Of a DNA stretch of 64,000 nucleotides, positions 28,680-39,496 are shown one piece after another. Where the stretch lies: positions 576,001 through 640,000 of the forward strand of contig CBDBLO010000002.1 of NCBI GenBank assembly GCA_965207075.1. Direction: 5' to 3'. The DNA comes from Nitrosopumilus sp. GTDB taxonomy: Archaea; Thermoproteota; Nitrososphaeria; Nitrososphaerales; Nitrosopumilaceae. A program made the translations under genes and the position numbers. Numbering within the stretch: the first letter of the stretch is position 1; every line of letters starts with the position of its first letter. The notes below the pieces were generated by a model. That model made no database searches and had not been told where the DNA came from. It saw nothing but the letters and a program-made list of their open reading frames with translations.

Positions 28680-29318
28680 TTACTGCTGCGCGCCCCGCGC
28701 CCCGAGCAGGCGCCTTACCGGACTCCAGCTCTTGCGCGCATAGGAGGGCACCGCGCGGTTTTTCTTGTGGTACGACCTGAGAAAGGAGACGGATCTGCGG
28801 TCGCTTGGATACCCGCTTCCAATCCCGGGGTTGCTCCTGGCAAGGCGCCCGATCGCGTCGTCGCGCGCGACCTTTGCCAGGATGGACGCGGCGGACACTA
28901 TCACAAACCGGCTGTCCGCGTGGTGGTACGACCTGACGCGGCAGTTGCCTGACATGCGCGATATGCGCCTGCCGAACCTTGCGGTATCCGTGTCGCAGGA
29001 GTCCACAATGGCCGAGTCGGGCCCGAGCACTGAGATCACCCTTGCCATATACTTGGCCTCCAGCCTGTTGAGGCCGTGCTGGCGCACGCTTGCGTCAATC
29101 GAGCGGGGCGGCACGTGCACCACGTGGTACGAGTCGGCAACCTCCCTTATCATGCGGGACAGCCTCTTGCGCGCGGCAGGGGTGTGCTTTTTGGAGTCAC
29201 GCACCCCCATCTTTCTGAGGCGCGACACCTGGCCGTCCCGGAGGCAGACGCCCGCTATCACGAGCGGCCCCAGCATGGAGCCCCGCCCCGCATCGTCGAC
29301 CCCGCAGACCATCAACAC
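28680..29318 (-). CDS. rnhB: Ribonuclease HII
   Basis: GVDDAGRG, RDSK, SAASILAKVARD, GSGYPSD. Confidence 0.94.
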   Translation of the reverse strand: MLMVCGVDDAGRGSMLGPLVIAGVCLRDGQVSRLRKMGVRDSKKHTPAARKRLSRMIREVADSYHVVHVPPRSIDASVRQHGLNRLEAKYMARVISVLGPDSAIVDSCDTDTARFGRRISRMSGNCRVRSYHHADSRFVIVSAASILAKVARDDAIGRLARSNPGIGSGYPSDRRSVSFLRSYHKKNRAVPSYARKSWSPVRRLLGARGAQQ

Positions 29319-29371
29319 GCGCCGTCCCCGGCCGCTAGTAATAAATCATATACTGCAGCCGCCGCACGTAA

Positions 29372-30574
29372 GTGGTGCAGATGCAGCAGGATCACGGCGG
29401 GGCGGACGGCGCGATAAGGGAGATTACGGAGGGCCGTACCAGGCTGCTCGTGCCGTCCGGGGCGCTTGAAGGCGAGGCGCCCCCGAGGGACACGGCGTTT
29501 TTCAACCCGAGGTCCGCGGCAAACCGCGACGCCTCGACGGCCGCATACGCCGCGCACCTTGACGGGTTTGACGGGCCGCCGACCATGCTCGAGCCGCTTG
29601 CCGGCGTGGGGGCAAGGGGCCTGAGGGCGGCAAACGAGACTGGCGCGATACGTCACATGCATGTCAACGACATCAACCCGAAGGCGGTATCGCTCGCAGG
29701 GGAGGCGGCCACCCTAAACGGGCTCGACGCGGAGATGTCATTCTCGAACCTCGAGGCCTGCAGGTTCCTCTCGAATTACGCCACAAGGGGGAGCAGGGGC
29801 GCCATAGTGGACATCGACCCGTTCGGATCCCCGGCCCCGTTCTTTGACTGCGCGGTAAGGTCTCTCATGCACGGGGGACTGCTGTCCTGCACGGCGACTG
29901 ACCTGCAGGTGCTCAACGGGCTGTTTGACGAGGCGTGCCAGAACAGGTACGGCGGCATGCCCACCAGGGGCACCACGTACGGCAGCGAGACTGCAATCAG
30001 GATGGTGCTGGGATGCCTCAGGGCGGTCGCGGCCAGGCTTGGGGTGTCGATATCCCCGGTATTCGTATCCTCAGACATGCACTACTACAGGATGTATGCG
30101 CGCATAAAGGTGGGGCATGCGGGGGCTGCCCGCGAGGAGGTCGGGTATGCGACGCACTGCGACGCGTGCGGGGGCCGCTGGCTGGGACCGCACGCGGAGC
30201 AGGAGTGCCGCACGTGCGGCTCGGGGACCCGGCGCGCTGGCCCCCTGTGGCGCGGGCCCCTCTTTGACGAAGAGTTCGTAAGCCGCATGGTGCAAAAGGC
30301 GCCTCGCGTGGGACGCGACCGCGACGAGGCACTGCGTGCCCGCCTTGAGAGGGCGCGCGAGGAGTCGGCCGTGCAGGAGACGGGCCTGTTCTATACGTTA
30401 GACGAGATGGCGTCACGGACGGGTGTGTCGCCCCCGCGCATGGCGCACGTGCTGCAAAGCTTGCGCGAGGCCGGGTACTCTGCGTCCCGGACGTCGCTTG
30501 CGCCCGCCGGATTCAGGACCGACGCGCCGCCTGACGCGGCGAGGGACGTCTTCAGGCAGGCGGCAGTCCGCTAG
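29372..30574 (+). CDS. trm1: tRNA (guanine-26 N2)-dimethyltransferase
   Basis: FFNP...NRD, GARGLR, DIDPFGSP, TATD, GPLW, RTDAP. Confidence 0.93.
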   Translation: MVQMQQDHGGADGAIREITEGRTRLLVPSGALEGEAPPRDTAFFNPRSAANRDASTAAYAAHLDGFDGPPTMLEPLAGVGARGLRAANETGAIRHMHVNDINPKAVSLAGEAATLNGLDAEMSFSNLEACRFLSNYATRGSRGAIVDIDPFGSPAPFFDCAVRSLMHGGLLSCTATDLQVLNGLFDEACQNRYGGMPTRGTTYGSETAIRMVLGCLRAVAARLGVSISPVFVSSDMHYYRMYARIKVGHAGAAREEVGYATHCDACGGRWLGPHAEQECRTCGSGTRRAGPLWRGPLFDEEFVSRMVQKAPRVGRDRDEALRARLERAREESAVQETGLFYTLDEMASRTGVSPPRMAHVLQSLREAGYSASRTSLAPAGFRTDAPPDAARDVFRQAAVR

Positions 30575-31170
30575 TCTGCGCCCACATACCCCAGGCACAC
30601 ATAGTACAGCTCGCTGCTCTGCTTGCGGCTTGCCTTTGGCTTTGTGCTGTGGAACTTTGCAAACTGCTCCCTCACATAGTCCCGAAACTCCGCAGAGTAC
30701 TGCCCGTCAAACACCTTGAACACGGCGTTTCCCCTGCGCGCCAGGACCGCATCCATTACCTTGGCGCAGTCATAGTTGAGCGATATCTGCCTTGCATGGT
30801 CCACCGACCAGTTTCCGCTTACCTTTGGCGACAGGTCGCATACGACCGCGTTTGCCTTGCGCCCAAAATACGATATGACAAGATCTGCAAGCCCCTCCTC
30901 TGCAATGTCGCGCCGCACTATGTGGGCGCCCGGCACCTCCTCCACGTAGGACGTGTCGACCCCCATCACCTTGCCCCGGTTTCCGGCAAGCCTGACGGCC
31001 ATCTGCGTCCAGCCGCCCGGGGCGCATCCCAGGTCAAGGACGTAGAACCCGGGCCCTATGATGCGGTACGACCTGTTGAGCTCCTTTAGCTTGTACGCGG
31101 CCCTGCTCCTGTAGCCCTGCTCGTGGGCAAGCCGTCTGTACTGGTCCCTGCGGGCGTCTTGCAGCTTCAT
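30571..31170 (-). CDS. rlmE: 23S rRNA 2'-O-methyltransferase RlmE/FtsJ
   Basis: YRSRAAYKL, DLGCAPGGW, KPKASRKQSSE.Y. Confidence 0.94.
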   Translation of the reverse strand: MKLQDARRDQYRRLAHEQGYRSRAAYKLKELNRSYRIIGPGFYVLDLGCAPGGWTQMAVRLAGNRGKVMGVDTSYVEEVPGAHIVRRDIAEEGLADLVISYFGRKANAVVCDLSPKVSGNWSVDHARQISLNYDCAKVMDAVLARRGNAVFKVFDGQYSAEFRDYVREQFAKFHSTKPKASRKQSSELYYVCLGYVGAD

Positions 31171-32387
31171 TTGAATCTGGGCTTCTTTATCATGGAGACC
31201 ACCCAGTCCTCCAGGTACTGGCATGTGCGGGGGCTTATATCGCCGTCAAGCGTGCACTTTTGCTCCACCTTGCAGACAAGGCACGGGGCGTCCTCTATAG
31301 ACTGCGTGCTTATGGGGGTCTTTTTGAGTATCAGCTTGTATGTCCACCTGCCGTTCTCGAGCAGCTTTTCTCTGGTAATCGTGCCCATGCGTTCGAGCTT
31401 GAGCGCGAGGCGGGATCCGGTCATGTCGGACAGCTTTAGCTTCTTCCACAGGTTGTTTTGCAGCATGCCGGCCGACTCGTGCTCGGCCAGTATGTCGCAC
31501 ACCTTCCTGATGAGCTGCTCCATGTTCACCTTTTCGATCTGAAACCTCTCAATCTCCTCTTCGGTAAGCTCGCTTTCGAGCTTTTCCTCAAGCGTGAGTT
31601 CCGGCACCTTCTTTTCCTCCGCCTTGTCGGATGCGGGTTTTTTTGACGCGGGGCCGGACTTTGCCTGTTTGGCCGAGCCCTTTCCCTTCTTCCTCTTGGC
31701 GGTGTCGGCGGCGGCATGATCATCGGGGGATTTGGAGGGTGCCGAAGGCTTCTTCTTCTTCTTTCCTGCAGCGGCCTTGGCCGCGCCCTTCTTTGCAGCA
31801 GCCGCGCCAGTCGGCTTCTTGGCCGCGCCCTTCTTTGCAGCAGCCGCGCCAGTCGGCTTCTTTGCAGCGGCCTTGGCCGCGCCCTTCTTTGCAGCAGCCG
31901 CGCCAGTCGGCTTCTTGGCCGCGCCCTTGGACGCGTGGCGCTTTGCATCGGGCTCTCCTGCAGACTTTGTCACTGTGGTGGCAGCGGCAGCAGCAGCAGC
32001 AGCAGAGGATGATCTGCGCGCACCCTTGCGGGCAGGCTTCTTGTCGCCGTCCCCGCCGCCGCCGTCGGAAGGCCCGTGTTCTGACTCTTCGGTTCTCCGC
32101 GCGAGTGCGTCGCTGGCGTCTGTAGGGTCGGGGGACGCATCGGAGTCGGAGCTACCACCGTCGGCGCGACCTGACTTTTTGGGGCGCGGCTTCCTAGATC
32201 TTGCGGCCGCGGGGGCGTCAGACGGTTGGGGTGATGATCCAGAACCTGCCTGCTTTTTGGCCCTTGTCGGACGCCTCTTTTTTGGAGGAATGGCATCTAG
32301 AATGTCCTTGCGGCGCTTTAACTCTGCCAGCTCGGCCTTTATCCTCTCAATCTCCTCGAGTTCCAGCTCCCGCTTCTTCTCGTCCAT
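31167..32387 (-). CDS. RPC34-like transcription factor (TFE-beta) with long Lys/Ala-rich N-terminal extension
   Basis: Winged helix (GMLQNNLWKKL...SRLALKLERMGTITREK) plus PCLVC...C...ISPRTCQYLEDW Fe-S motif typical of RPC34/TFE-beta. Confidence 0.82.
   Translation of the reverse strand: MDEKKRELELEEIERIKAELAELKRRKDILDAIPPKKRRPTRAKKQAGSGSSPQPSDAPAAARSRKPRPKKSGRADGGSSDSDASPDPTDASDALARRTEESEHGPSDGGGGDGDKKPARKGARRSSSAAAAAAAATTVTKSAGEPDAKRHASKGAAKKPTGAAAAKKGAAKAAAKKPTGAAAAKKGAAKKPTGAAAAKKGAAKAAAGKKKKKPSAPSKSPDDHAAADTAKRKKGKGSAKQAKSGPASKKPASDKAEEKKVPELTLEEKLESELTEEEIERFQIEKVNMEQLIRKVCDILAEHESAGMLQNNLWKKLKLSDMTGSRLALKLERMGTITREKLLENGRWTYKLILKKTPISTQSIEDAPCLVCKVEQKCTLDGDISPRTCQYLEDWVVSMIKKPRFK
31764..31927 (-). 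repeat. Intragenic repeat encoding KKPTGAAAAKKGAAK x3
   Basis: Near-identical DNA units containing GGCCGCGCCCTTCTTTGCAGCAGCCGCGCCAGTCGGCTTCTT. Confidence 0.9.
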
Positions 32388-32537
32388 TACAGCACCAACT
32401 CTCTGCATCCCGTGGCAGGCATCCAAGCACCCTGACTGCCAACAGTGCTATTATTGTTGCTAAAGAGGTGATATGCGCCGCACTCTGTGCAGACACGGAG
32501 GCCGCAGTCGCTGTCACGTTCCTGACTGCAACAAAGC

Positions 32538-33020
32538 CTACTCAACGACAAACTCTCCCCGGATAGATATCGTCTCCCCGTCATGACGCATCTCCGCCAC
32601 AATCGCATACGAACCCGGAGAGTCCGCCGCGGCCTCAAAGTCGCCCTCCACAGGGAGATCCATTCCGGCATCTACAAAGCACTGCTCAAAGAATGCCTCC
32701 TGGGCCAAGACCGCACCGTCACGGTCGTACATTGTAATGTAGAGATCGCCGCAGTCAAACGCCGCGTCACTGACGGAGACACCGACGGCAATCTGGCCGC
32801 CTACACTGTACGATTCGGAGAGTCCCACTATGAGGATGCCGTCGTCTGAGGAATGCGGGCCGGATACATACGCCGTCCCGTGTCCGCCCGACGACTGTGG
32901 GGGCCACATCTGCATCTCGCGGCCCGGCTTGTCGAGCACGTCGGCCATTACGGCGGTTGCAAGTGACAGGGACAGTATGATTGGGAGCACAAAGATCACG
33001 AATGTCCTTCTAGACGCCAT
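32538..33020 (-). CDS. Hypothetical secreted/membrane protein
   Basis: 160 aa, N-terminal hydrophobic helix, beta-rich C-terminus with DCGDLY. Confidence 0.75.
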   Translation of the reverse strand: MASRRTFVIFVLPIILSLSLATAVMADVLDKPGREMQMWPPQSSGGHGTAYVSGPHSSDDGILIVGLSESYSVGGQIAVGVSVSDAAFDCGDLYITMYDRDGAVLAQEAFFEQCFVDAGMDLPVEGDFEAAADSPGSYAIVAEMRHDGETISIRGEFVVE

Positions 33021-33437
33021 GCAGTGCAGCAGGGACGCCCATATATCTATCTGACAATCGCACTGGTGAGGCTTCGCTTGAGCGCGACAATATGCAGTGT
33101 ATGTGAGTACTTGTTGCGCAACTTACACATACGGGCGCCGCCGCGTAGCCGCCGCCGCGGTGCGTGGCAAGGAAGTCATATCTTCGGGGTTTCGGCCTCG
33201 GCCGCTGTAAGGCGCCTGCCGTCGTTATCCTGCTTGTGATGCTGTCGCATGGTGCCGGCAATGCCGCTTGCAGTAATAACAGGCGTCCGAAAGATCCTCT
33301 CTTTTCCTGCTCCGGCATGTCTGACTCCTGACACCCGTGTCCGGCGCTATTACAGGCCTCGTTGCCGACACCTCCTCGGCATCAGGAACGGGCAAATGTA
33401 CGAATAAGTTAAATCGTAGGCGCGAAACAATGGCGCG

Positions 33438-35537
33438 ATGAGGCTTCGAAAGTTTAGAGTCAGGGCGTACCGCTGCATACACGACTCGGGGGAGATTACG
33501 GTAGGCGACCTGGCCGCGTTCGTGGGCAGGAACGAGAGCGGCAAGACGACCATCCTCCAGGCCCTTACCCTCCTGAACCGGGACGAGCAGGTCTCGGAGC
33601 TCGACTTGTGCGACGAGATGGACGAGGAGCTCAAGAGCGAGATAAGGCTTGCGGAGGGGCAGTTTGAGCTCAACCCCAACGAGATTGAGATGATAAGGGA
33701 GCGCTTTCCGGGACTGCCGGAGATCAGGCGCATGACGCTGTACAGGACAAACCGGAGTCCGGGAGTCCAGTACGAGTTTGACAACATGCCCGTCGACGAG
33801 GGGCGCGGCAGGGACCTCAACTCCTGGGAGAACTTTGCAAAGAAGGTAATCTCGTTCACAGACACCATTCCAAACCACCTCAGGATACAGGTGGACACGT
33901 CGTTCTTTGAGGGCCCCATTCCGGAGACTCAGGAGTCCTTTGACAGCCAGATGGCCGAGTTCGGCAACAGGTTCCACGTCATAGCCATACAGGAGCCGGA
34001 GGTCGTGGCCGAGTGGGAGAAGATCTACGAGAGCCCGGAGAACAGGTTCGACAACCTGCTGAGCGGGGAGAGCGAGAGGGTCGCGCTCGACAACTTTGTA
34101 GGCTCCAACCTGCACCCTAGGTTCGTCTACTTTTCGGACTACAAAAAGATCTTTGGCAACATAAACCTCAGCGAATACGTCAGGGAGGAGAGGGGCACTA
34201 CATCTGGCCGGTCGATAGAGTACGTGGAGGAGTTCGACAAGGCCGAGACCGTGAGAAACCTCTTCTATCTGGCAGAGCTCGACATGGACGAGCTGGAGGA
34301 GGTGAAGAACAGCCCCTCAAAGTGCATCAAGCTGCTCAACGCCGCGTCAAACAAGCTCACGTCTAGGCTCAACCCGGCCTGGAAGGGCGATCCCATACGG
34401 ATAGAGCTGAGGTACAACCCGGGCAACATCATGAGCGTGGTGATATCCGACGTGCACAGGGACGGAAACGTGACAAACACGGGGCTATTGAGTCGCCGGG
34501 CGGAGGGCTTTAAGTGGACGTTCTCGTTCATCGTAAACTTTGCGGCCGAGACCCAGAGGGCGGAACTAAAGGAGGCCATACTGTTGCTCGACGAGCCTGC
34601 AAGGAACCTGCACCCGACGCAGCAGATGGGCATATCGGACCTGCTGAGGAGCCTCGCCGGATCAAACCAGGTGCTCTACGCCACGCACTCGCCGTTTATG
34701 ATATTTGACTATACCCCGGGGAACCTGCTGGTAGTCGAGCTCGACAAACGTAGGCACCTGAGCCGCATATTCTACGACTATTGGAACGCCGACGACAAGA
34801 CCCTGACGCCGATCCTGTACGGGCTGTCACGGGGCCAGGTGGAGTCGGTGGTCGACAGGGAGATCGGGACAAACTCGAGGCCCATCATAATTGTAGAGAC
34901 CATGTCCGACTCCATGTACCTCAACGCCTTTGACAAGTTTCTGCAGGATCCCAACATATCGATGAACCCGCTCAACGTGGTGGCCGCATACAGCAAGAAC
35001 TCGGTCCTGCCGCTTGCCATATTCTATAGAAACCACGGGTACAAGACGTTCATACTGCTTGACAATACGGACGAATCAAGGCAGATATCGGCCCAGCTCA
35101 CGGCAAACGGCTTTCTGCCGGTGCAGACCATATCCTACGAGCTTGAAGGCAAAAAGCTAGAGTCCATAGAGGATTACATCTTGCCGGAGGACTATCTGCA
35201 CCCGGTAAACCAGACCTATGAGATAAAGCTCAGGCGCGAGGGATACACCAGCATAGGGCTGGGGGATCTGGACGAGAAGCAGGACCACAGGGGCATACTT
35301 GCCAAGCTTGCCGCCGTATGGCAGGATCATGCCGATGACGAATGGGGGGAGTTCAGCAACGAGGAGATCACAAGGTACATCTGCGAGAAGATCACTCTTG
35401 ATGAGGCAAGCTTTCTGTCCGACAAGACCCGGGACAGGTTCAGGTCGCTCTACAGGCTCATGGCCGAGCGCATCAGGCAATACCAGAACGTGGTGGCAAA
35501 GGCGGATTTGGACAGATACCGGCGTGCAAAAGCGTAA
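33438..35537 (+). CDS. ABC-type ATPase of the OLD/AAA_15 family with TOPRIM-like C-terminal region
   Basis: GRNESGKTT, LLLDEP...LHP, ATHSPF, IIVETMSD, LLDN. Confidence 0.85.
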   Translation: MRLRKFRVRAYRCIHDSGEITVGDLAAFVGRNESGKTTILQALTLLNRDEQVSELDLCDEMDEELKSEIRLAEGQFELNPNEIEMIRERFPGLPEIRRMTLYRTNRSPGVQYEFDNMPVDEGRGRDLNSWENFAKKVISFTDTIPNHLRIQVDTSFFEGPIPETQESFDSQMAEFGNRFHVIAIQEPEVVAEWEKIYESPENRFDNLLSGESERVALDNFVGSNLHPRFVYFSDYKKIFGNINLSEYVREERGTTSGRSIEYVEEFDKAETVRNLFYLAELDMDELEEVKNSPSKCIKLLNAASNKLTSRLNPAWKGDPIRIELRYNPGNIMSVVISDVHRDGNVTNTGLLSRRAEGFKWTFSFIVNFAAETQRAELKEAILLLDEPARNLHPTQQMGISDLLRSLAGSNQVLYATHSPFMIFDYTPGNLLVVELDKRRHLSRIFYDYWNADDKTLTPILYGLSRGQVESVVDREIGTNSRPIIIVETMSDSMYLNAFDKFLQDPNISMNPLNVVAAYSKNSVLPLAIFYRNHGYKTFILLDNTDESRQISAQLTANGFLPVQTISYELEGKKLESIEDYILPEDYLHPVNQTYEIKLRREGYTSIGLGDLDEKQDHRGILAKLAAVWQDHADDEWGEFSNEEITRYICEKITLDEASFLSDKTRDRFRSLYRLMAERIRQYQNVVAKADLDRYRRAKA

Positions 35538-35691
35538 CCTTAAGAGGCGTGCGGACTCTCTGGCCAAACGTGGATGCTGCATGCGTGGGTTATATTACAG
35601 CGGACACCAAATGGGGGGTGTGGCATTTGGCAGGCACGCGTCTTGCATACGTAGATCCCGGTGCCGGATCAGGGGAGGATGATCTGGGCGT

Positions 35692-38079
35692 ATGAGTGAC
35701 GGACCGACGCGCCTTGCGCGGAACCTTGGAATGCAGGCGACGACGATAATGGCGGCCTCATCAAGAAGCCGTCGCGTCGTTGCAGTGATGCCGGCCGCTG
35801 CAGTGATGGCGATAATCGTAATTGCAGCCGCCTCGGATACGTCGGCATGGCCCGCGACAGGCGAGGCCGCGTTCCCCGCTGCAAACCACGCGTACGCACA
35901 GCAGCAGCAGCAGCAGCAGGACGTCACAGTATCGAGCATATCCATAGGGGGGACCAACCTCATTACGCTAACCAGCTCTGAAAGCGCCCCCGACGTATCC
36001 ATGCTAAGACTGTGGCTTAACTCTGACAGCGGCGCCGTCTTCAAGTCGTTCAAGACTGAGATTGGATGGACGGGCCAAAAGACGCCGCAGGGCGTCGTTG
36101 TGTTTACAACCGCGGTACCGCTAAAGCCTGGCGGGTCTGTCAAGTTCGGGGTCGAGACCGACGCGGCAGTCTCGGGAATCAACTGGAAGGCAGTCGGCCG
36201 GGACGGCGCCGAGGTTGCAACCGGCATGGTGACACCCGGCGAGATGCCCGAGATTGACGACGCGCAGCCCCCGGACGGCGCAGGAGATCCGGGGACTGAC
36301 GTACCACCGCCCCCGACACAGCCGCCCCCGACACAGCCGCCCCCGACACAGCCGCCCCCGACACAGGGCATCACCTCGGAATCCGACTTTAGGATAATAC
36401 CCCTCAAGCCAAGCGTCGGGGCCACGATCAGGGTCGCAGGCGAGGAGTTCGGGCCCAACACGCACTATGACTTTTACATAAACAACCGCATACTTGGGGG
36501 GTTTATGACGGGAGGCGACGGAGCGTTTGTAACTACAGTAAAGTTGCCCTCCAACCTGCAGGCCGACAGGGTCAACTTTGCCGCAAGGAGCGTGGAGGGT
36601 GACGAGGTGGTGCGCAGCCTGAGGCTGAGTCCCGCAGAACAGAGGCCGCAGCTCGGAGGCGGGCAGGGCCCGGGTGGACAGCAGTCCGCACTCGGCATAT
36701 CCGGCATAGCGGAGACTGTAAAGATAGGTGACCGGATCACAATGGAGGGATCCGGGCGTCCGGGCAGCACGCTGGTATTGTACGTGACCAGCCCTGACGG
36801 AGATCAGATAAAATCCAACATAGTAAAGGTGGACGGCTCGGGCAGCTGGTCCGTATCGGAGGCGTTCCTGGTGGGCGCCGACATGAAGATAGGCAGCTAC
36901 AACACCGTCATTACGGACGGATTTGCGTCAGAGAGCAGGTCCTGGTCAGTCGTGATCGAGGAGGGAATCAAGATAACGTCTAGCAAGCTAAAGTACGACC
37001 GCAGTGACGTCATGCAGTTCAACATAACCACCATAAACAGCGAGCCGCTAAAGGTGCATCTTGAAAACCCGAACAACATTGTAGTATATTCGGACATAAT
37101 ACGCACAAACGGCTCAGACTCGGTTGCGTTTGACTACGAGACGAGCTTTAGCGACGCGGAGGGCACGTACACGCTGATTGCGACGCAGGGAGACTACAAG
37201 CAGTTCCTGTTTGTAGGGATCAACGAGCTGCCAAAGGTCAAGATAAGGTTCGATCTTGACAAGGTAAACTATGGATTCTCAGACGTCGCCATAATCAGCA
37301 TAGCTGCAAAGCCGTCGGATACGATCAGGCTCAACATACTGGACAGCTCCGACAACATAAAGTATACCGAGTCCCTCACCGTGCAGTCCGACGGCAGGGG
37401 CGTGGTCACGTTGGACCTGAATGCCTTTGATGACGGCATATACACAGCAGAGCTTGAAAAGGGCACCGAGAAGACGTCCAAGGAGTTTACCATAGGACTG
37501 CAGTCGAGCATCTCCAGCATAGAGGTGGTGCCCATAAAGCCGCCGTACTACCGTGGCGAGCAGTTCCTCGTCTCAGTCGACACGGGCGACGCAAAGGTAC
37601 CGCTTACCATCACAATGACGGACCCGGACGGGGAGGTCGTCACGACCAAGGAGACGTTCTCTACTACGATCAGGGTCGACAAGGACGTGGACAGCAGCAA
37701 GGCGCTCGAGGCGCTTATGATACCCTCTCACGGCAAGTTCGGAACGTGGACCATAACTGCAAGCAGCGGGGGAAGCAGCCACTCGGCCCAGGTCGAGGTG
37801 ATACCCGAAACCATGTCGATACAGGTGCTCGGCATAAAGAGCGAGCACTCGATAGGCAGGTACATAGACATAATGGTGGTAGGGGCAGAGCAGAGCGTGT
37901 GGGTCCAGGTGTCGGCGCAGGACGGCACCCCGATCGGCTCGGAGCAGAAGATATCCATAACGGGCGAAAAGGTGGCGTCTGCAAAGTGGGCCATTCCGGA
38001 CGACGTGCCGCCCGGCACGTACGTGCTCAAGGCCCGGGACACCCACGACAACACGGCCGAGACCGAGATTGAGCTATAG
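35692..38079 (+). CDS. Large secreted beta-rich surface protein
   Basis: Signal-like N-terminus ending AYA, poly-Q, Pro linker, repeated Ig-like GxYT motifs; start uncertain. Confidence 0.8.
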   Translation: MSDGPTRLARNLGMQATTIMAASSRSRRVVAVMPAAAVMAIIVIAAASDTSAWPATGEAAFPAANHAYAQQQQQQQDVTVSSISIGGTNLITLTSSESAPDVSMLRLWLNSDSGAVFKSFKTEIGWTGQKTPQGVVVFTTAVPLKPGGSVKFGVETDAAVSGINWKAVGRDGAEVATGMVTPGEMPEIDDAQPPDGAGDPGTDVPPPPTQPPPTQPPPTQPPPTQGITSESDFRIIPLKPSVGATIRVAGEEFGPNTHYDFYINNRILGGFMTGGDGAFVTTVKLPSNLQADRVNFAARSVEGDEVVRSLRLSPAEQRPQLGGGQGPGGQQSALGISGIAETVKIGDRITMEGSGRPGSTLVLYVTSPDGDQIKSNIVKVDGSGSWSVSEAFLVGADMKIGSYNTVITDGFASESRSWSVVIEEGIKITSSKLKYDRSDVMQFNITTINSEPLKVHLENPNNIVVYSDIIRTNGSDSVAFDYETSFSDAEGTYTLIATQGDYKQFLFVGINELPKVKIRFDLDKVNYGFSDVAIISIAAKPSDTIRLNILDSSDNIKYTESLTVQSDGRGVVTLDLNAFDDGIYTAELEKGTEKTSKEFTIGLQSSISSIEVVPIKPPYYRGEQFLVSVDTGDAKVPLTITMTDPDGEVVTTKETFSTTIRVDKDVDSSKALEALMIPSHGKFGTWTITASSGGSSHSAQVEVIPETMSIQVLGIKSEHSIGRYIDIMVVGAEQSVWVQVSAQDGTPIGSEQKISITGEKVASAKWAIPDDVPPGTYVLKARDTHDNTAETEIEL
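36307..36366 (+). repeat. (CCGCCCCCGACACAG)x4 encoding a PPPTQ linker
   Basis: Direct reading. Confidence 0.95.
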
Positions 38080-38662
38080 GGCTGCGGAGCCGATGATCAA
38101 GACATTTATTGATACCGCTCAGACTGCGGCCGTGAACCTCAAGGGCATGATAAGCAACCATCCCGGCTTTCCAAAGGAGGGCGTCGTGTTCCGTGACTTT
38201 GGGCCCATACTGGCAGATCCGCAGGCCCTTGCCCACGTGGCAGGCGAGTTTGGGGAAAAGTTTGACATGGCAGGCGTGGACATACTGGCCGGCATAGAGT
38301 CCAGGGGGTTCATCATAGCGACCATCCTGGGGGCAAGATACGACAAGGGCATGATAATGATACGCAAGCCCGGCAAGCTGCCCGGGAGCACCAAAAAGAG
38401 GTCGTACCAGCTGGAGTACGGGCACAGCAGCCTGGAGATACAGGACGAATCCATATCAAAGGGGCAGAGGGTTCTCATATGCGACGATCTGCTTGCGACA
38501 GGCGGCACCGCAAAGGCGGCAGGACAGCTGGTGGAGGACGCCGGGGGCGTGGTGGCCGGATTTGCATTCGTCATAGAGCTGGCGGGCCTGGGGGGCGCCG
38601 ATGCCATATCCGGGTATGACTATGGCGCACTTGTACGCTATGATGATGACGATAATGAGTAA
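38069..38662 (+). CDS. apt: Adenine phosphoribosyltransferase
   Basis: FPKEGVVFRD, ESRGF, RKPGKLP, LEYG, DDLLATGGT; true start probably later. Confidence 0.95.
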   Translation: MSYRAAEPMIKTFIDTAQTAAVNLKGMISNHPGFPKEGVVFRDFGPILADPQALAHVAGEFGEKFDMAGVDILAGIESRGFIIATILGARYDKGMIMIRKPGKLPGSTKKRSYQLEYGHSSLEIQDESISKGQRVLICDDLLATGGTAKAAGQLVEDAGGVVAGFAFVIELAGLGGADAISGYDYGALVRYDDDDNE

Positions 38663-38686
38663 ATTGACCGGTATGGAAGAAGACTG

Positions 38687-39496
38687 GTGATGACTAGCAT
38701 GGACGGGGCCACGACGGCGGAGATTGGGATATTCGGAGGAACCGGGCTGTACGACTCGGAGATGCTCGAGGATGCGCGCGAGGTAAGGGTCCGCACCAGA
38801 TACGGCGACCCGTCAGACGCGGTTACGGTCGGGACCTTCAGTGGCAGGAGGGTTGCGTTCCTTCCAAGGCACGGAAAAAAGCACGGGATTCCGCCGCACC
38901 TGATAAACTTTAGGGCCAACATAGAGGCGTTCAGGCAGATGGGCGTCACGCGCATAGTAGCGCCATCGGCGGTAGGAAGCCTGAGGGGGGAGCTAAGGCC
39001 AGGCGACTTTGTCATGCCCTCCCAGTATGTCGACTATACAAAGTCAAGGGAGTACTCGTTCTCTGAGAAGGGCAGGGTCATACACATATCCATGGCGGAC
39101 CCGTTCTGTCCGGAGCTGCAGGATTCCATTTCGGAGGCCTCCGGCAAGCAGGGCATCGAGCTGCAGACGGGCAAGACCTATGTGTGCATAGAGGGCCCGC
39201 GCTTCTCCACAAAGGCCGAGTCCAAGATGTACAGGAGTCTTGGCGCCGACGTAATCGGCATGACGCTGGTGCCCGAGTGCCAGCTTGCCAGGGAGGCCCA
39301 GATGTGTTATGCGTCAGTGTCTACCATAACCGACTATGACGCGTGGGCCGAAAAGCCGGTGACGGCAAAGGAGGTGATGGAGACGCTATCAAGAAACGTG
39401 GAGCGCACAAAGGCGCTGCTGGCAGAGCTGGTGGGCCGCATACCCGTCGAGCGAGAATGTCGGTGCGCCGACGCGCTCGGCGAGGCAGAGTTCTAG
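38687..39496 (+). CDS. mtnP: S-methyl-5'-thioadenosine phosphorylase
   Basis: [33 protein letters not shown]. Confidence 0.94.
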   Translation: MMTSMDGATTAEIGIFGGTGLYDSEMLEDAREVRVRTRYGDPSDAVTVGTFSGRRVAFLPRHGKKHGIPPHLINFRANIEAFRQMGVTRIVAPSAVGSLRGELRPGDFVMPSQYVDYTKSREYSFSEKGRVIHISMADPFCPELQDSISEASGKQGIELQTGKTYVCIEGPRFSTKAESKMYRSLGADVIGMTLVPECQLAREAQMCYASVSTITDYDAWAEKPVTAKEVMETLSRNVERTKALLAELVGRIPVERECRCADALGEAEF

